This document shows, in pieces, positions 1 to 13,850 of a stretch of DNA of 64,000 nucleotides. The position numbers were made by a program, and so were the translations under genes. The notes below the pieces were generated by a model. The model saw only the letters and a program-made list of their open reading frames with translations, was not told the DNA's origin and searched no databases. This DNA comes from Leucoraja erinacea (taxonomy: Eukaryota), in assembly GCF_028641065.1 (NCBI RefSeq), contig NC_073380.1, positions 70,370,001 through 70,434,000 on the forward strand, in the 5' to 3' direction. How positions within the stretch are numbered: the first letter of the stretch is position 1; the number at the start of each line of letters is the position of its first letter.

Positions 1-1240
1 TGGCTAGTGGGGTGGTGCTGAGGAGCGATCCAGGGTGCAATGTAGCAGATGATCTATGCCTTGGATTGGCCTTGACCCAAGAAGGCTTAGTTTCAGACTG
101 CGCCATCTCGCCATGGAAGCAGCCAGGGAATGATAAGCTGCAGGTAACTAATTGCAGAGCAAACCAGCGGAGTGATCCAAAAGCGTTATCCCAAAGAAAA
201 GGACTGTGTTTACGCTGCTGTGCCCCTCATCCTTTGTGTTATTTTATTATAGGGAGAATTACAGAACTGCTCGACACCTCAAATATCACTTCTTTCTCTT
301 GATGGCAATATTTGAATGCGCACATGGAGAATGTGGGAGTATATAGCAGGGATCTGAGCTTTAATAGCACTCCCCAAATGCTGTGTGTGAGTTGACACGT
401 TATTCATCCGATGTAGCTTGTTGGTTGATCCTACTGGTGTTGAATGGATTTATCCACCATTTCTATGATGGAAAGCTTGGTCTCCAAATGCTCCAAACTG
501 CACAATGCTCTGTGAAAGGCCGGTGCTAGGGTCCCCCACAATCCTTCAACATTGTCTTTTGGCTCTGTCACCCCAAAGTATATGCATCAGCCTTCATCTG
601 TTTGCTGCCCTATCAATGTCCTGACTTAATTCTATTACAGCAGATCTGGTGTCCTCCTGTGAGCTGCCACTTGGACCATATTTTGCTCCTAACCTTCCAC
701 AGGTCAATTATGCCTGCTGCTTCACTATGCACAGACCATGCCTCAGGCTAAGTAGTACTCTATGCTGTGTATCTGAGTCCCAGTTGGTGCTTGTGCACAT
801 TAGATCAAGGAATAGTGGGCTCTCATCTTTCCTTCATGTTTAACCATCACTGGTAAAGATGGACCTCTTGTCCACCTCAAATGGGAACGACATATGTAAC
901 TTGTGAGGTGGTGGGGATTTGAGGGGGGGGGGGGGGGAGGTAGTAATGGTAAGAGCTAAGAGCTGTGTGCTAGCACTAGCTGTAGATTGCAAATCAGAAG
1001 ATACTTCATGTTTAATGTGGAAGCTAATGTGTATCTGAATGTGGTATCACAATAAAGTGACTTTGGAATTGTGCTCCAATCTGGTACTCTCCTTTAGATG
1101 GAGCAACTAGGGCCAAAAGCCACCCCAACAGAGTCTGTGCCCTGCTGGGTTTTATTTTTGCTGCTGGCAACTATTTTGAGCTATTTTGCCTCAAAAGGGT
1201 GAGGAAAGTGTGTTACTGAGCATTGTGCAATATTTTTAGA

Positions 1241-1450
1241 TGTGTGTATGGCATATTTGAATGGCCTCTCTGCATGCGTGTATATGTACTGTATGTACAT
1301 ATGCATATATTTGTGTGTTGTGAATGCAAGGGTGTGTCTTTATGCATGAATATATATATATGTGTGTGCATGTGCATGTGTGTGTGGGTGCGCATGTGCG
1401 TTTATATGTCCTGCTGGTATATGTTACTGTTATATACTGAACAGTGTGTA
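1241..1450. repeat. Degenerate (TG)/(TA) low-complexity microsatellite
   Basis: Run of tgtgtgtatg...gtgtgcatgtgcatgtgtgtgtgg. Confidence 0.8.
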
Positions 1451-2379
1451 AGCAATTGCAGTACATGGCCTTTGAAGATACATTACCTGACCCTGAAGTC
1501 ACGTTCACTTTCTCTGACACTTTGCAGGATTCAATCCAGAGGATTAAAAAAAAAAGAAGCGTTCTTATGTCAACAAAATGATAAGGAAAACAAAACCCAA
1601 ATTTACAGATAAAGATAAGTTATAAATTTAACAAGTCCATGAAAAATTAATAAATTCAGAATAAACAAATTTGTATTATTAATGGAATTTCATACAGCAT
1701 TCTATATCAAGGGCTTAAATGGTAGCTATGTTCCTTCTGCGCAAAGATTCATTCCTTCCTGCCAATCCAGTATTGGCCCAAGTCCTTCTCATCACCTAAT
1801 GCGTTTCCTTTAGTCTCAAGATCCTGTCTTACTGTTTTGTTGTCATCTGCACATTCCTGTACACCCAGGTCTTTTACCTGCCAAGTCCAACTCTTTTCCT
1901 GGCAAAGCTCATGGTCTCTTCAGATTTGAATTCTTCCCTATGAATAAGCTTGGAACTACATTTTCTCTGATCTAATACTTTAATCATTTGTTTTCAAATC
2001 TTTCCATCAACTCAGCAAATGTCTGAGCATTCTCCAGATAACATGAAGGTTTTTCGTCTTATCCTGTTGCAGTTTACACGACTCTACTCAGATTATTCTT
2101 CATACTTTTAGCCAAAGCATGTACAACTTTCTCTACCCTTTGAAAGGAAACAGAGAACTTGTCCAGATCACATGCTGTAGATGTGCAATGAAAGAATGGT
2201 GCTGTAATAGAATGCTCACTCAACCATGCATAAGTTATACTATGGTTTCTGCAACATTTTACTACGAAGAATCGTAAATAATTTAACACAATTTTATCAC
2301 AAATTAATATTTATACTTTAGATACTGAAGGAAACCTGTCGGGCATTGATGAAGAAGTGGCAACAACTTGCATATAGAG

Positions 2380-2860
2380 TATGGCATCACATAGCATGGA
2401 AACCATCAAATGCCCATCAATACTATTCCTGCTTTCCAGGACTTGGCTGGTAGCCTTCTACGCCATGGATTTCCAAGCACGTGTCTAGATGCTACTTACA
2501 TGTTATGAATGTCTCTGCTTGAACCACTCTTTCAGGTAGTGTGTTCCAGATTTCAGTCGTTCTTTAGATTAAACAAAATCTTTGTCAGATCTCCTCCAAA
2601 CCCTTACCTCAAACCCATTCGCTCAGGTTCTAGGCACTTCAGCTATGGGGAGAAGTTTCTTACTATCTACTCAATACATGCACATCGTATTTTTGAATAC
2701 CTGCCGGGTCTTCCATCAGCCCTTCAGCTCCTGGAGGTACAAAGCCAGCTATCCTCATTCCTGAAATATTCCATCCCAGGCAGCATTTTAGTGAATCTCC
2801 CTTGCCCTTGCTGCAATAGAAACACATCCTTCCTCTAGTCTGGCCAGCAGAACTCCAGCT
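2380..2860 (-). mobile_element. Old CR1 LINE 3' fragment
   Basis: Degenerate similarity to the intact CR1 copies in this window (cccaggcagcattttagtgaatctccc, ccagctgtggtctaa). Confidence 0.55.
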
Positions 2861-2869
2861 GTGGTCTAA

Positions 2870-3190
2870 GCTAATCAAGTGAAAGGGGAAGTCAGGAGAC
2901 CATGTCCACATTTCATTGGTGGGTCGACATTGGAGAGAGTTAGCAGCTTCAATTTCTGGGCATCTCGGATGTCCTGACCTTGGCCCATTACATTGATATA
3001 ATCACAAAGAAGGTGCATTGGTGCCTCTGCTTTCTCAGAGGTTTATCGAAATTCGGCATGTCACCAAATACTTCAACATCTTCCATAGATACACTGTAGA
3101 AATTATCCTAACTGGTTGTGTCATGTCTGGCACGGCAATTCCAATGCACAAGAAAGCAAGAGGCTGCAGAGAGGCTAATTCTGCACCAAG
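2870..3190 (+). mobile_element. Rex1-like LINE RT C-terminal fragment
   Basis: Encodes NIFHRYTVEIILTGCV, like NFCRCTIKIILSESITAWFG of the Rex1 copy at 60.1-60.3 kb. Confidence 0.55.
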
Positions 3191-4070
3191 TAGTTGTCTA
3201 GCAAAGCCATTTTCAGCCTAGCATTGCAGCAACTACATACCATAGCTTTACTCATGCTTATCAAGTTTCAGACAACCCTATCTTGTGGGTTTAAGGTATA
3301 TGTTACTAGAACGTGGAACATTTTGTTGCAACATATATATATTTTTTTACCTGATACCTCTCCACACTGATATTAAGCTTGTAAATGGTCTTAAGCATTG
3401 TACATATGCTCCTTATGCAAGGGAAAGATGATAGAGTAACATGGGGGATCGGGGGGCATTAGTTTGGGGCCATTCAGCCATTTGTGCTTGTTCTGCAATC
3501 CACTTAGATCAAGGCTGATTGTCATCTTAACTCCAACTACTCATATTGTTCTAATTCTTTCCTACACAAGCAAAAAAAAGAAATCAAGCAGTCTTAGCTA
3601 TTCAGTGTTTAATTGTGGGTCCAGGGCTGTTGAAGGCAGAGTTCATAGATTCCACCAGCTTCACAAGGAAATGTTTTCTGACTTCATCTTTGAGTGGTTT
3701 GACCTGAACTAATGTCCTATTGTCCTGGACTCCCATATGAATAACTCCTTGATTGCCTTAAACATCTGTTTGTTGCATCAGCTGTAATCTACGTTCAGGG
3801 AAGTGTTTGCATAGTTTATAGAACACGTCTTTACTCCAACATTGTTCTCCTGAGGCCACCCACAGTTGACAAATCCATCCAAAAGCCAGGGAATAAGAGA
3901 TTTGAGTTAACCTGACATTTTTATCTGAAATAGTGAAACGTTTAACTCCTAAAAACAGTGTTCAGGCTAATGGAGTTTTTGGTTGGCATGATAAGTGGTC
4001 AGGAATTTTTTGTTTACAGAGGATGAGTGAATGAACAAAGTACTAAATCTTTCGAGGTATTTTTTCACTA

Positions 4071-5205
4071 GGATGGCACAGCGGCACAACCAGTTAAACT
4101 GTGCTACTGACCTGAGTTCAATCCCGACCTTGTGTCCTATCTATGTGAGTTTGCATATTCTCCAAGACCACATGTATTTTCTCTAGATGCTTCGGTTTCC
4201 CCCAGTGCCAAATATGTGCAGATAAATAGAAACATAGAAACATAGAAATTAGGTGCAGGAGTAGGCCATTCGGCCCTTTGAGCCTGCACCGCCATTCAAT
4301 ATGATCATGGCTGATCATCCAACTCAGTATCCCGTACCTGCCTTCTCTCCATACCCTCTGATCCCCTTAGCCACAAGGGCCACATCTAACTCCCTCTTAA
4401 ATATAGCCAATGAACTGGCCTCAACTACCCTCTGTGGCAGAGAGTTCCAGAGATTCACCACTCTCTGTGTGAAAAAAGTTCTTCTCATCTCGGTTTTAAA
4501 GGATTTCCCCTTTATCCTTAAGCTGTGACCCCTTGTCCTGGACTTCCCTAACATCGGGAACAATCTTCCTGCATCTAGCCTGTCCAACCCCTTAAGAATT
4601 TTGTAAGTTTCTATAAGATCCCCTCTCAATCTTCTAAATTCTAGAGAGTATAAACCAAGTCTATCCAGTCTTTCTTCATAAGACAGTCCTGACATCCCAG
4701 GAATCAGTCTGGTGAACCGTCTCTGCACTCCCTCTATGGCAATAATGTCCTTCCTCAGATTTGGAGACCAAAACTGTACGCAATACTCCAGGTGTGGTCT
4801 CACCAAGACCCTGTACAACTGCAGTAGAACCTCTCTGCTCCTATACTCAAATCCTTTTGCAATGAAAGCTAACATACCATTCGCTTTCTTTACTGCCTGC
4901 TGCACCTGCATGCCTACCTTCAATGACTGGTGTACCATGACACCCAGGTCTCGCTGCATCTCCCCCTTTCCCAATCGGCCACCATTTAGATAATAGTCTG
5001 CTTTCCCGTTAAGGAAAGGTTAAATAGGTTAGATGGCCATTTGGAAATGGTCTCTTTTTTAGGTGTAGAATCTGGGAATAGTCAATCAGATGTGACAAGA
5101 ATGAAAATGGCATTACTGTATGATTAATGTAAATAGGTGGTTGATGGTTAGCACAGATGTTGTAGATTGAAAGAACTGGTTCTATATTTCCATCATTCAA
5201 TCTAT
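4071..5205 (+). mobile_element. Old HE1-type SINE split by a young CR1 insertion (SINE halves ~4071-4225 and ~5010-5205)
   Basis: tRNA-like head gatggcacagcggc...gagttcaatcccgac at 4071-4130; the degenerate tail resumes after 5008. Confidence 0.55.
4226..5008 (-). mobile_element. Young 5'-truncated CR1/HER1 LINE
   Basis: Uninterrupted 216-aa ORF2 C-terminus (LYRVLVRPHLEYCVQFWSP, RTRGHSLRI, VVNLWNSLP) and a (TTTCTATG)n tail at 4226-4248. Confidence 0.95.
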
Positions 5206-6684
5206 GACTATGGTTTTGTTCATCAATCTTTTTAGGTCACCTGGGACAAGTTCTAGAGGTTCCTCTTTATTTAAGTGCAAACACTGTTGCTAAGTGATCT
5301 TTTCTATGATCTTCCCACAGAGAAGTATAAAACTCATACAAGAACTCCCCATTTGAAGTGGTGAATAATGGTTTTGATAAGTAGCATACCATCCTATCTC
5401 AAAGCAGACTTCCAGCATCTCTTCTAGCACACAATCGAAGTGACTCATTTTACCCACAATGTTTAAAACTTAAAACTGAATGCTGTTGTCAAAACTCAGT
5501 TTATAACACAAATTCATCTACAAAAAGGAACAGTATAATGGTACCCAAGTGAAACTCAGGATTTCATAATGTTTAATGGTACAAAAATTCCCTGTTCGTC
5601 AGATCTGCAACAAAGATTCAGATCATATTTCCCTGACTAGAGACCCACCAGCTATCTGCCATTCTCTATGCTTGCAGGTGCAGAGGTTAGGTCTGAGTAA
5701 GAGCACAGATTAGTGCATCTGGCCTCCAATTCCACTACTAGACTTACCATAGAGCTCAGTAGTGGAGCATTGAGTTACTGGGGAAAAGCAGCTGCATGGA
5801 AAGTGCTTCTGGCCGTTCAGGTTTACACCAGGGATGGATGACGTGAAAAGGTATAAGCCCGTTTATCTAAATGAAATTAACTCAAGGGTTGCGGAAAAGT
5901 CACCAAAAGGAAAACAGTTTACACTTTAAGACAGAGCATGGACATGACCTTTCTGTACTTATTCATTGACTGCCCTAGAGAAAACACACCTACCTTGTAA
6001 TGTAGAGAGTTCCAGCAGCTGGCTGGGTCTTGGCACTTTTATGGTTGTATTATGCAATTATATAGGTTCCATAATTCCCCAAATGACAATTTGCATCATG
6101 GGGAGCAAGAAATGGAAACCACATGTTTTCTCAAAATGTGAGGCTGGGGATAAATCTGCAACATTGTCTTTAGGCACTTTGCTGGATTGCTGCCTGAACT
6201 CACCATCCACAATGTTCCTCCATCTATATTATTCTGGATATGGTGGGATAGCCAAGTTGACCTCTGTACACAAATCCTCCCACAAACCAGTGACTAGGTC
6301 TCAGGTGTGAATCCTACACTTGGAATATGTGCCACTGTCAATGTCCTTTGAATTATTGTTACATTTTTCTAATAGTTACCATTTAAAGCTGCCACTTAAT
6401 GTAAATAGTTAAAATAAAAACTATATAAAATAAAAGAGTAATGGTAATTTACCCTCACCTAGCTTTTTACTCAGGTTCAGCCATTTTATTTGATGCAAGT
6501 AAACGGCTCTGTTTAAGTACAAAATCCTACACATTTCAACTTACTAAATATAATAATTCTGCAAAAAGTGTTGCCGTGTGGTAGTTTAATTTTCATAAAT
6601 ATATCATGGGTAGTAACGATTCAAAATTCTCACCTACCAGGTAAAGAAGTCTGTCTCTGGTTGTGCCTGATGTTTTTTACATTA

Positions 6685-7361
6685 AACATAGAAACATAGA
6701 AAATAGGTGCAGGAGGAGGCCATTCGGCCCTTCGAGCCAGCACCACCATTCATTGTGATCATGGCTGAACGCCCCCTATCAATAACCCGTGCCTGCCTTC
6801 TCCCCATATCCCTTGACTCCTCTAGCCGCGAGAGCTCTATCTAACTCTCTCTTAAATCCACCCAGTGACTTGGCCTCCACTGCCTTCTGTGGCAGGGAAT
6901 TCCATAAATTCACAACTCTCTGGGTGAAAAAGTTTTTTCTCACCTCAGTCTTAAAAGACCTCCCCTTTATTCTAAGACTGTGGCCCCTGGTTCTGGACTC
7001 GCCCAACATTGGGAACATTTTTCTTGCATCTAGCTTGTCCAATCCTTTTATAATTTTATATGTTTCTATAAGAACCCCCCTCATCCTTCTAAACTCCAGT
7101 GAATACAAGCCTAGTGTTTTCAATCTTTCCTCGCATGAAAGTCCCACCATCCCAGGGATCAATCTCGTGAACCTATGCTGCACTACCTCAATCACAAGGA
7201 TGTCCTTCCTCAAATTAGGAGACCAAAACTGTACACAATACTACAGATGTGGTCTCACCAGAGTCCTATACAACTGCAGAAGAACCTCTTTACTCCTATA
7301 CTGAAATCCTCTTGTTATGAAGGCCAACATTCCATTAGCTTTCTTCACTGCCTGCTGTACT
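6685..7361 (-). mobile_element. 5'-truncated CR1/HER1 LINE
   Basis: 144-aa ORF homologous to 4324-4974, with the same 3'UTR and tail. Confidence 0.93.
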
Positions 7362-7779
7362 AAACGTTAGAAACTGGAATCATGTTCTCAAAAACCATTG
7401 TGTACATTTTTTTCAAGAAGTGTTTTCTCATCTGTCCAGAAGTCTCTAGAACTGGAAAGCAGGCACGACCTTTCAACCAGGTTTTGCACAAGATCAATAC
7501 TTGTGTCTTTATATTTCACATAACCATAGGAGACCCCAAAATGGTGATAACCAACTGGATGGCAGTCAATCTTCTAGTGCAGATTCGATGCAGGACCTTG
7601 TGCTCAGATATACCTTTGTTGGCCTTGTAATACAACTGAATAAAAAACTGATCAAACATATGCCCATGTAATTAAAGAATCATTATTTTGAATATCAAAC
7701 AAAGGGGATGAATCCTCAATGCTTTAACTTGAGCTTTATAGGCAAACTATTCCAACTACTGTATAAACCAGCCACCCGC

Positions 7780-8065
7780 TAGTCACGGCACCAGGCGGAA
7801 GAGGGCTCTGCCCGAGCCGGCTGCCTGCCTCTTTTCCGGGGTTACGTCCATGCACGGGTGGTGTTAGAGAGGGACTGCGCGCTGTCCACGGGTGCCCTGG
7901 TGGATTTCCAGGACCGCTAGGCACCACGGGGGATGAATGCATCCTGGACAAGGAGTGTAAGATAGTTGTATAATAGTTTATCGTTTGTCGTGTATTATGG
8001 TGGTGGGTTCTGTTTTGTTTTTACTGTACATTATATATTATTTTAATATTTGATTATAAAACAAT
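7780..8065 (+). mobile_element. L1/Tx1-clade LINE 3' end fragment
   Basis: Encodes LFRGYVHARVVLERDCALSTGALVDFQDR*AP, resembling the Tx1-type ORF2 C-terminus, followed by a T-rich 3'UTR. Confidence 0.55.
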
Positions 8066-8847
8066 TCTGTAAACCAGAGTTTTGTTCTAATCTGAAAAAT
8101 CATCTCTATTGATTCTGCTTTAAGTTGCCATGCAAAGTGTATATTTGTCACAATGCCGTTTAGATGTTATGCTTGGTACAGGTAAAGATAATGATGTAAT
8201 ACTAGGATTCAGAAATGCAATTACACAGCAATTCATTCTTTAAACAGCAAATGTTTCTCTGATGTTTGCAAAGCTTGTTCAGTACTGTTCCACAGGAAAA
8301 AACATACTTATCTCATCATAATAGCTTTATTACATTAAGGATTATTATACTTCATTGTAGTACAACAGATGGCAGGCATAAAAATCTTGCAGTTATAAAT
8401 ACCTGGATTATTTGATTGTTTTGACAGTGAAACTGTGACAGTTTCCCTGAATACAGCATGAAACCAACAGGAACGTCCGGACTATGTACATAAGCATATG
8501 CAAGTGGAAATCCAGAATCTGGTTGCAGTAATTCCCTGCTCTTCCACAGGATGCATTATTTTGCCAAATTCTGCTGCATAATCACTATTAATCAGAAACT
8601 GACCAAAACGTTGTGTGAATATAAGAGCAAAGATATTGTGGTTACTGGACACTTATTCAAGTGTTTTTCCTGCCACCTGTATTTGTCTACAATAAATCAA
8701 TTAATACATTATTATTTCAGACCCAGTGCTCACAGGACAGAGGACTACAATGTGCTTTGTTTTTTCAGATGTCTTCTCCCATTCTGAGCCTGCCAGTGCT
8801 GGATTAACTAAAAAGATAAGAACCCGACATTAAATTTTGGGCTCAGG

Positions 8848-9165
8848 TTGCGGCACGATCGCACGGCAGTAGAGTTGCTGTCTCACAGCGCCAGAGCTCT
8901 GGGTTCGATCCCGACTACGGGTGCTGTCTGTACGGAGTTTGCACATTTTCCCCGTGACCACGTGGGTTTTCCCTGGGTGCTCCGATTTCCTCCCACACTC
9001 CAAAGACATGCAGGGTTGCAGGTTTACAATCTTTGGTAAGGATTGTAAATTATCCCTAGTGTGTGTAGGATAGTGTTAGTGTATGGGGATCCCCGGTCGG
9101 CACGGACTTGGTGGGCCGAAGGGCCTGTTTCCACACTAAACTAAACTAAATCAAACTAAACTAAA
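8848..9165 (+). mobile_element. HE1-type tRNA-derived SINE (V-SINE group)
   Basis: Box A/B-like head (gggttcgatcccg), conserved core, CR1-like tail ggccgaagggcctgtttcc and (CTAAA)n. Confidence 0.88.
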
Positions 9166-10414
9166 CCTAAATTAGTTGATTAGTTCCATTTTATGGAATG
9201 CTACAATACTATGCGGTTCCGTGGGCTTTGTAACATTGGCTTTCCCCTTCTTACAGCTACCAAACTCTCTTTGGTGATGACTTAATAATGTTTTCATTCA
9301 GGCTGTGTAAAGGCAATGGGAAAAAGTTCCCCTATAATGTATATAACTTAGATTGAGCACAGAATCTGTACACAAAGAAGAAGTGAAAGTCAACCTCATG
9401 ATTTGCAAATTAAAAATAAAAAGCCATGGTAAGTAGATTGAGATCTCTTGCCATTCCAATCCTATGTACAAAGATTGGCTGAGCAGAAATAAAATGTAAC
9501 GCAGAATTTATGTCAAATACAAATCTTCAAAAATATGTGGCACGAAAGAAGACAGAATATGCTGTATCACAGATTGTAAAGAATTATGGTTGTGACCTTG
9601 AGAGCATCAACTCATGAATTTCATAGTATTTTCTTTTCAATCACTATAAATAATAATTGAATTCCAATGCGGTGGTTATGTTCAGCAATGAAAAACTCAT
9701 TCTGGATTCAATAAGGTGGAACAACAATCAGAGGTGATAACAATTAGCTTTGTAACTGTATATATTCATGATGCAGCTCTATAGGACTTTGATTAAGCCA
9801 CATTTGGAGTATTGGGTGCAGTTCTGGTCACTACATTACAGGAAAAACATGCAGGCTATGTAGAGGATGCTGAGGTGGTTTACCAGATGCAGCTTCGATT
9901 AGAGGGTTTCAGCTACAGGGAGAGGTTGGATTGACTTGGATTGTTTTCTCTGGAACGTCAGAAGTTAAGGGGAAAATTGATAGAAGTAGATAAAATTATG
10001 AGAGGCATAAATAGAGTAGAGACAGTCAGAACATTTTTCCCCAGGGTGGAAATGTACAGCACTAGAGACATACTGTAGCTATAAGGCAAGAGAAGGAAAG
10101 TTTAATAGAGATATGTAGGACATTTTTTTTTTACACAGAATGTGTTGGGAACCCAGAACACATTGTCAGGGGAGATGCTGGAGGCAGATATAAAGTGCAT
10201 TCAGAAAGTATTCAAACCCCTTCACTTTTCCACATTTTGTTACGTTACAACCTTATTGTAAAATGGATTAAACTCTCTTTTTTTTAAATCATCAATCTAC
10301 ACACAATACCCCATAATAAAAAAAGCAAAAACAGGTGTTCAGAAATTTTTGCAAAGTAATTAAAAAGAAATAACTGAAATATCACATTTACATAGGTATT
10401 CAGACCCTTTACCC

Positions 10415-11601
10415 CAGGGGTCGGCAACCTACAGCCCCCGGGCCGAATGCGGCCCGTAACCCGAAATCATCCGGCTGCAGGCGCATTTTTTTCCCCGTAA
10501 TCATCTGACCCGCAGACTTCCATCATCCCCGGTACCTCAGTGCCCAAGCGCGGTGATCCAAGGACGCAAGGAGGCCTGCGCTGGTGGCCGCAATGGTGGA
10601 GCCACTGATGCTGAGTGAATGTTGATCTTAAATTGTGTTTAAGATTAACACTATTTAAGTGGAGTGGGGTTGGCTGAGCAATGCCACTCTGGTAGCCACT
10701 GCTCCGCGGAACCTGCCACGCCTTCGACCCTGGAACTGTGTGAAGTGGGAAGCGGCTGTAAAAGGACAACGCTGCTGGGGGTAGGGGGATGGGGAAGAGT
10801 TCCTTTCCACAGCATGTGGGGAGTCTGGCCTGGGTCAGTACGGCCTGGGCTGCATAAAGTAGCAAACTTGGCTGGGCCGCTAGGGGTAAAGTTGCTGGAA
10901 GGGCAGGAGCGTTGAGAAGGAGGGGGTCGAGGATCATGCCAGCAACTCATTTACTCACTCAGTTGCTCAGGCGGCTGTGAGCTGCTGCCGGGACTAGTTA
11001 GCGGAACAGGCCGCCACCTCAGCGCCTTCTGCCGGCAGGCTGGCCCGCCAGCTACGGTGTCCTTTGGCACAGGCACAACCGGTGGAGGTGGTGGTTGGCG
11101 AGTAGCTACTAGGCGGAAGGCTGGCTGCTCCATCCTGGGCTCTCTCTCTCTCTCCCCATTATGTGATCTCCCTGAGCCAGAAAGTCCCCGACCCTCAGAC
11201 ATGAACCGCACAGTGTGTTGTGGGACAGGCGAAGATGGAGGCTCCACGGTCCTCAATGCTTCCTTGAAGGAGTTTCCCATCTTCCTTCCCACTGACCAAG
11301 CCAAACCCTTGATCCAGTCCCACCAGGCTTTTTTCAAAATTTAGCAAAAATGGGGGTGCGCATTCATCGCCTGGAAATACAGCAACTCAAATTTCACTGG
11401 TTAACTGACCATAGACACAAAGCTGATCTTGAGCTTGGTTCAATACCAGTGTCTCAAACTAATTCCTATGTTCAGTAGACATAATATTTCTTAAATATAT
11501 AAATATGTCAAAGTTTATTAACCATGGCGATAGATGTGGCCCTCCAACCGCTCACAGACATGGGACCCAACCCCTCTGCACAACAAGGTTGCCGACCCTT
11601 G
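10415..11601. mobile_element. Non-autonomous hAT element nested in Tc1
   Basis: TIR CAGGGGTCGGCAACCT / AGGTTGCCGACCCTTG, 8-bp TSD ctttaccc / ctttactc, subterminal gggccgaatgcggccc. Confidence 0.9.
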
Positions 11602-11607
11602 CTTTAC

Positions 11608-12600
11608 TCAGTACTTTGTTGAGGCACCTTTGGCATCGATTACAGCCTCAAGTATTCTTGGGTATGACGCTACAAGCTTGGCACACCTGTACTTGGGTAA
11701 TTTCTCCCATTCTTCTCTGCTGATCCTCTCAAGCTCAGGCTGGATGGGGAGCATCGATGCACATCTATTTTCAGGTCCCTCCAGATATGTTCGATCGGGT
11801 TCAAGTCCGGATTCTGGCTGGGCCACTCAAGGACATTCCCAGACTTGTCACGAAGCCACTCCTGCATTGTCTTGGCTGTGTGCTTAGGGTCGTTGTCCTG
11901 TTGAAAGGTGAACCTCCGCCCCAGTCTGAGCACCAGAACGCTCTGGAGCTGGTTTTCATCAAGGATCTCTCTGTACTTTGCTCCGTTCATCTTTCCCTCG
12001 ATCCCGACTAGTCTCCCAGTTCTTGCGGCTGAAAAAGATCCCCACAGCATGATGCTGCCACCACCATGTTTCACCGTAGGTATGGCAATGGCCAGGTGAT
12101 GAGTGGTGCCTGGTTTCCTCCAGACATGACGCTTGGCATTCAGGCCAAAGAGTTCAATCTTGGTTTCATCAGACCAGAGAATCTTGTTTAGGTGCCTTTT
12201 GACAAACTCCAAGCAGGCTGTCATGTGCCTTTTACTGAGGAGTGGCTTCTGTCTGGCCACTCAACCATAAAGGCCTGATTGGTGGAGTGCTGCAGATATA
12301 GTTGTCCTTATGGAAGTTTCTCCCATCTCCACAAAGGAACTCTGGAGCTCTGCGAGAGTGACCATCGGGTTCTTGGTCACTTCCCTGACAAGGCCCTTCA
12401 CCCCGATTGCTCAGTTTGGCCAGGCGGTCAGCTCTGTAAAGAGTCCTGGTGGTTCCAAAGTTCTTCCATTTAAGAATGCCAGAGGCCACTGTGCTCTTCG
12501 GGACCTGAAATGCTGCAAAAATTGTTTTATATCCTTCCTCAGATCTGTGTCTCGACACAACCCTGTCTTGGAGGTCTAAGGACAATTTATTCGACTTCAT
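11608..12600 (-). pseudogene. Frameshifted Tc1 transposase
   Basis: Three ORF pieces: MKSNKLSLDLQDRVVSRHRS..., [13 protein letters not shown]...QQDNDPKH...DLNPIEH, and ...AVIDAKGASTKY. Confidence 0.93.
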
Positions 12601-12753
12601 GCCTTGGCTTTTGCACTGTCAACTGTGGGACCTTAAATAGAAGGGTGTGTGTCTTTCCAAATCATGTACAATCAATTTAATTAAACACTGGTAAACTCCA
12701 AGCAAGTTGTAGAAACATCTCAAGAATAATCAATGGAAACAGAATGCACCTAA

Positions 12754-13850
12754 TGGGCCTGCCCGACTTAGGCGATTTTTCAGCGGACTACCAGTGACTG
12801 TCAAGCTACCGGCAATGCCTGAAAAACCGGGAATTGGANNNNNNNNNNNNNNNNNNNNNNNNNNNNNNNNNNNNNNNNNNNNNNNNNNNNNNNNNNNNNN
12901 NNNNNNNNNNNNNNNNNNNNNNNNNNNNNNNNNNNNNNNNNNNNNNNNNNNNNNNNNNNNNNNNNNNNNNNNNNNNNNNNNNNNNNNNNNNNNNNNNNNN
13001 NNNNNNNNNNNNNNNNNNNNNNNNNNNNNNNNNNNNNNNNNNNNNNNNNNNNNNNNNNNNNNNNNNNNNNNNNNNNNNNNNNNNNNNNNNNNNNNNNNNN
13101 NNNNNNNNNNNNNNNNNNNNNNNNNNNNNNNNNNNNNNNNNNNNNNNNNNNNNNNNNNNNNNNNNNNNNNNNNNNNNNNNNNNNNNNNNNNNNNNNNNCG
13201 TGTGAATTTTTTAGACAGCGCTCCCCCTGCTTGCCCTGTCTAAAACATTCACAGTGTGCAAAGCCAAGGTGATACAGCCACACAATGCTATGAACAGGAA
13301 GGTTGGCGCTGTAAAAAGATGGCTAAAGCACAGTGTATGGTAAATCCTTTAAAAGAGGGGCTGAGAGGGGGGGAGAGAATGGGAAGAAGGATGACGAAGT
13401 AGTGGAGACAACTTTTAAGAAGCCAGAGATACACGGCTGTGAAGCTCGGCGGACATTTAACATTACCGGTTGTTTATCCTTGGTTCTGAAAACTACTGCT
13501 TACCTTTTATTTCCCAATGAGCCAATGAAATTCACTGGTCAGCACCGGCTACAACCTATGAGAACCTCCGACCTCCTGGCAACCCACTAGGACCTCCTGG
13601 CGACCCACCTACAGCACGAGAATTCTCGCTACTCTCCATGGCGGCTTCATTCTAGTCGCTGCTAATTTTTCAACAGGTTGAAAAATTCATGACGACCATA
13701 ATGAGGCCGCGACTAGTTCCCAGAATGCGGGAACTCCTCACGACCATGAAGGCGACTCCCTGGCAACCACCCACGAACATGTGACGACCATGTGGCAACT
13801 GCATAGTCTCCTGCAGTTGCCTAAAAAGTCGCCTAAGTGGGACAGGCCCA
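12754..13850. mobile_element. PIF/Harbinger non-autonomous element nested in Tc1 (spans the N gap)
   Basis: TIR tgggcctgcccgacttaggcg / cgcctaagtgggacaggccca with TAA TSD at 12751-12753 and 13851-13853. Confidence 0.85.
12839..13198. other. Assembly gap (360 N)
   Basis: Run of N. Confidence 1.

Noticed and set aside
1213-1612. His/Thr- or Cys/Val-rich ORFs
   Set aside because: Translations of the TG/TA microsatellite.
8848-8930. tRNA-like sequences (also ~39880 and ~63185)
   Set aside because: These are tRNA-derived heads of HE1 SINEs, continuous with the SINE core and tail, not tRNA genes.
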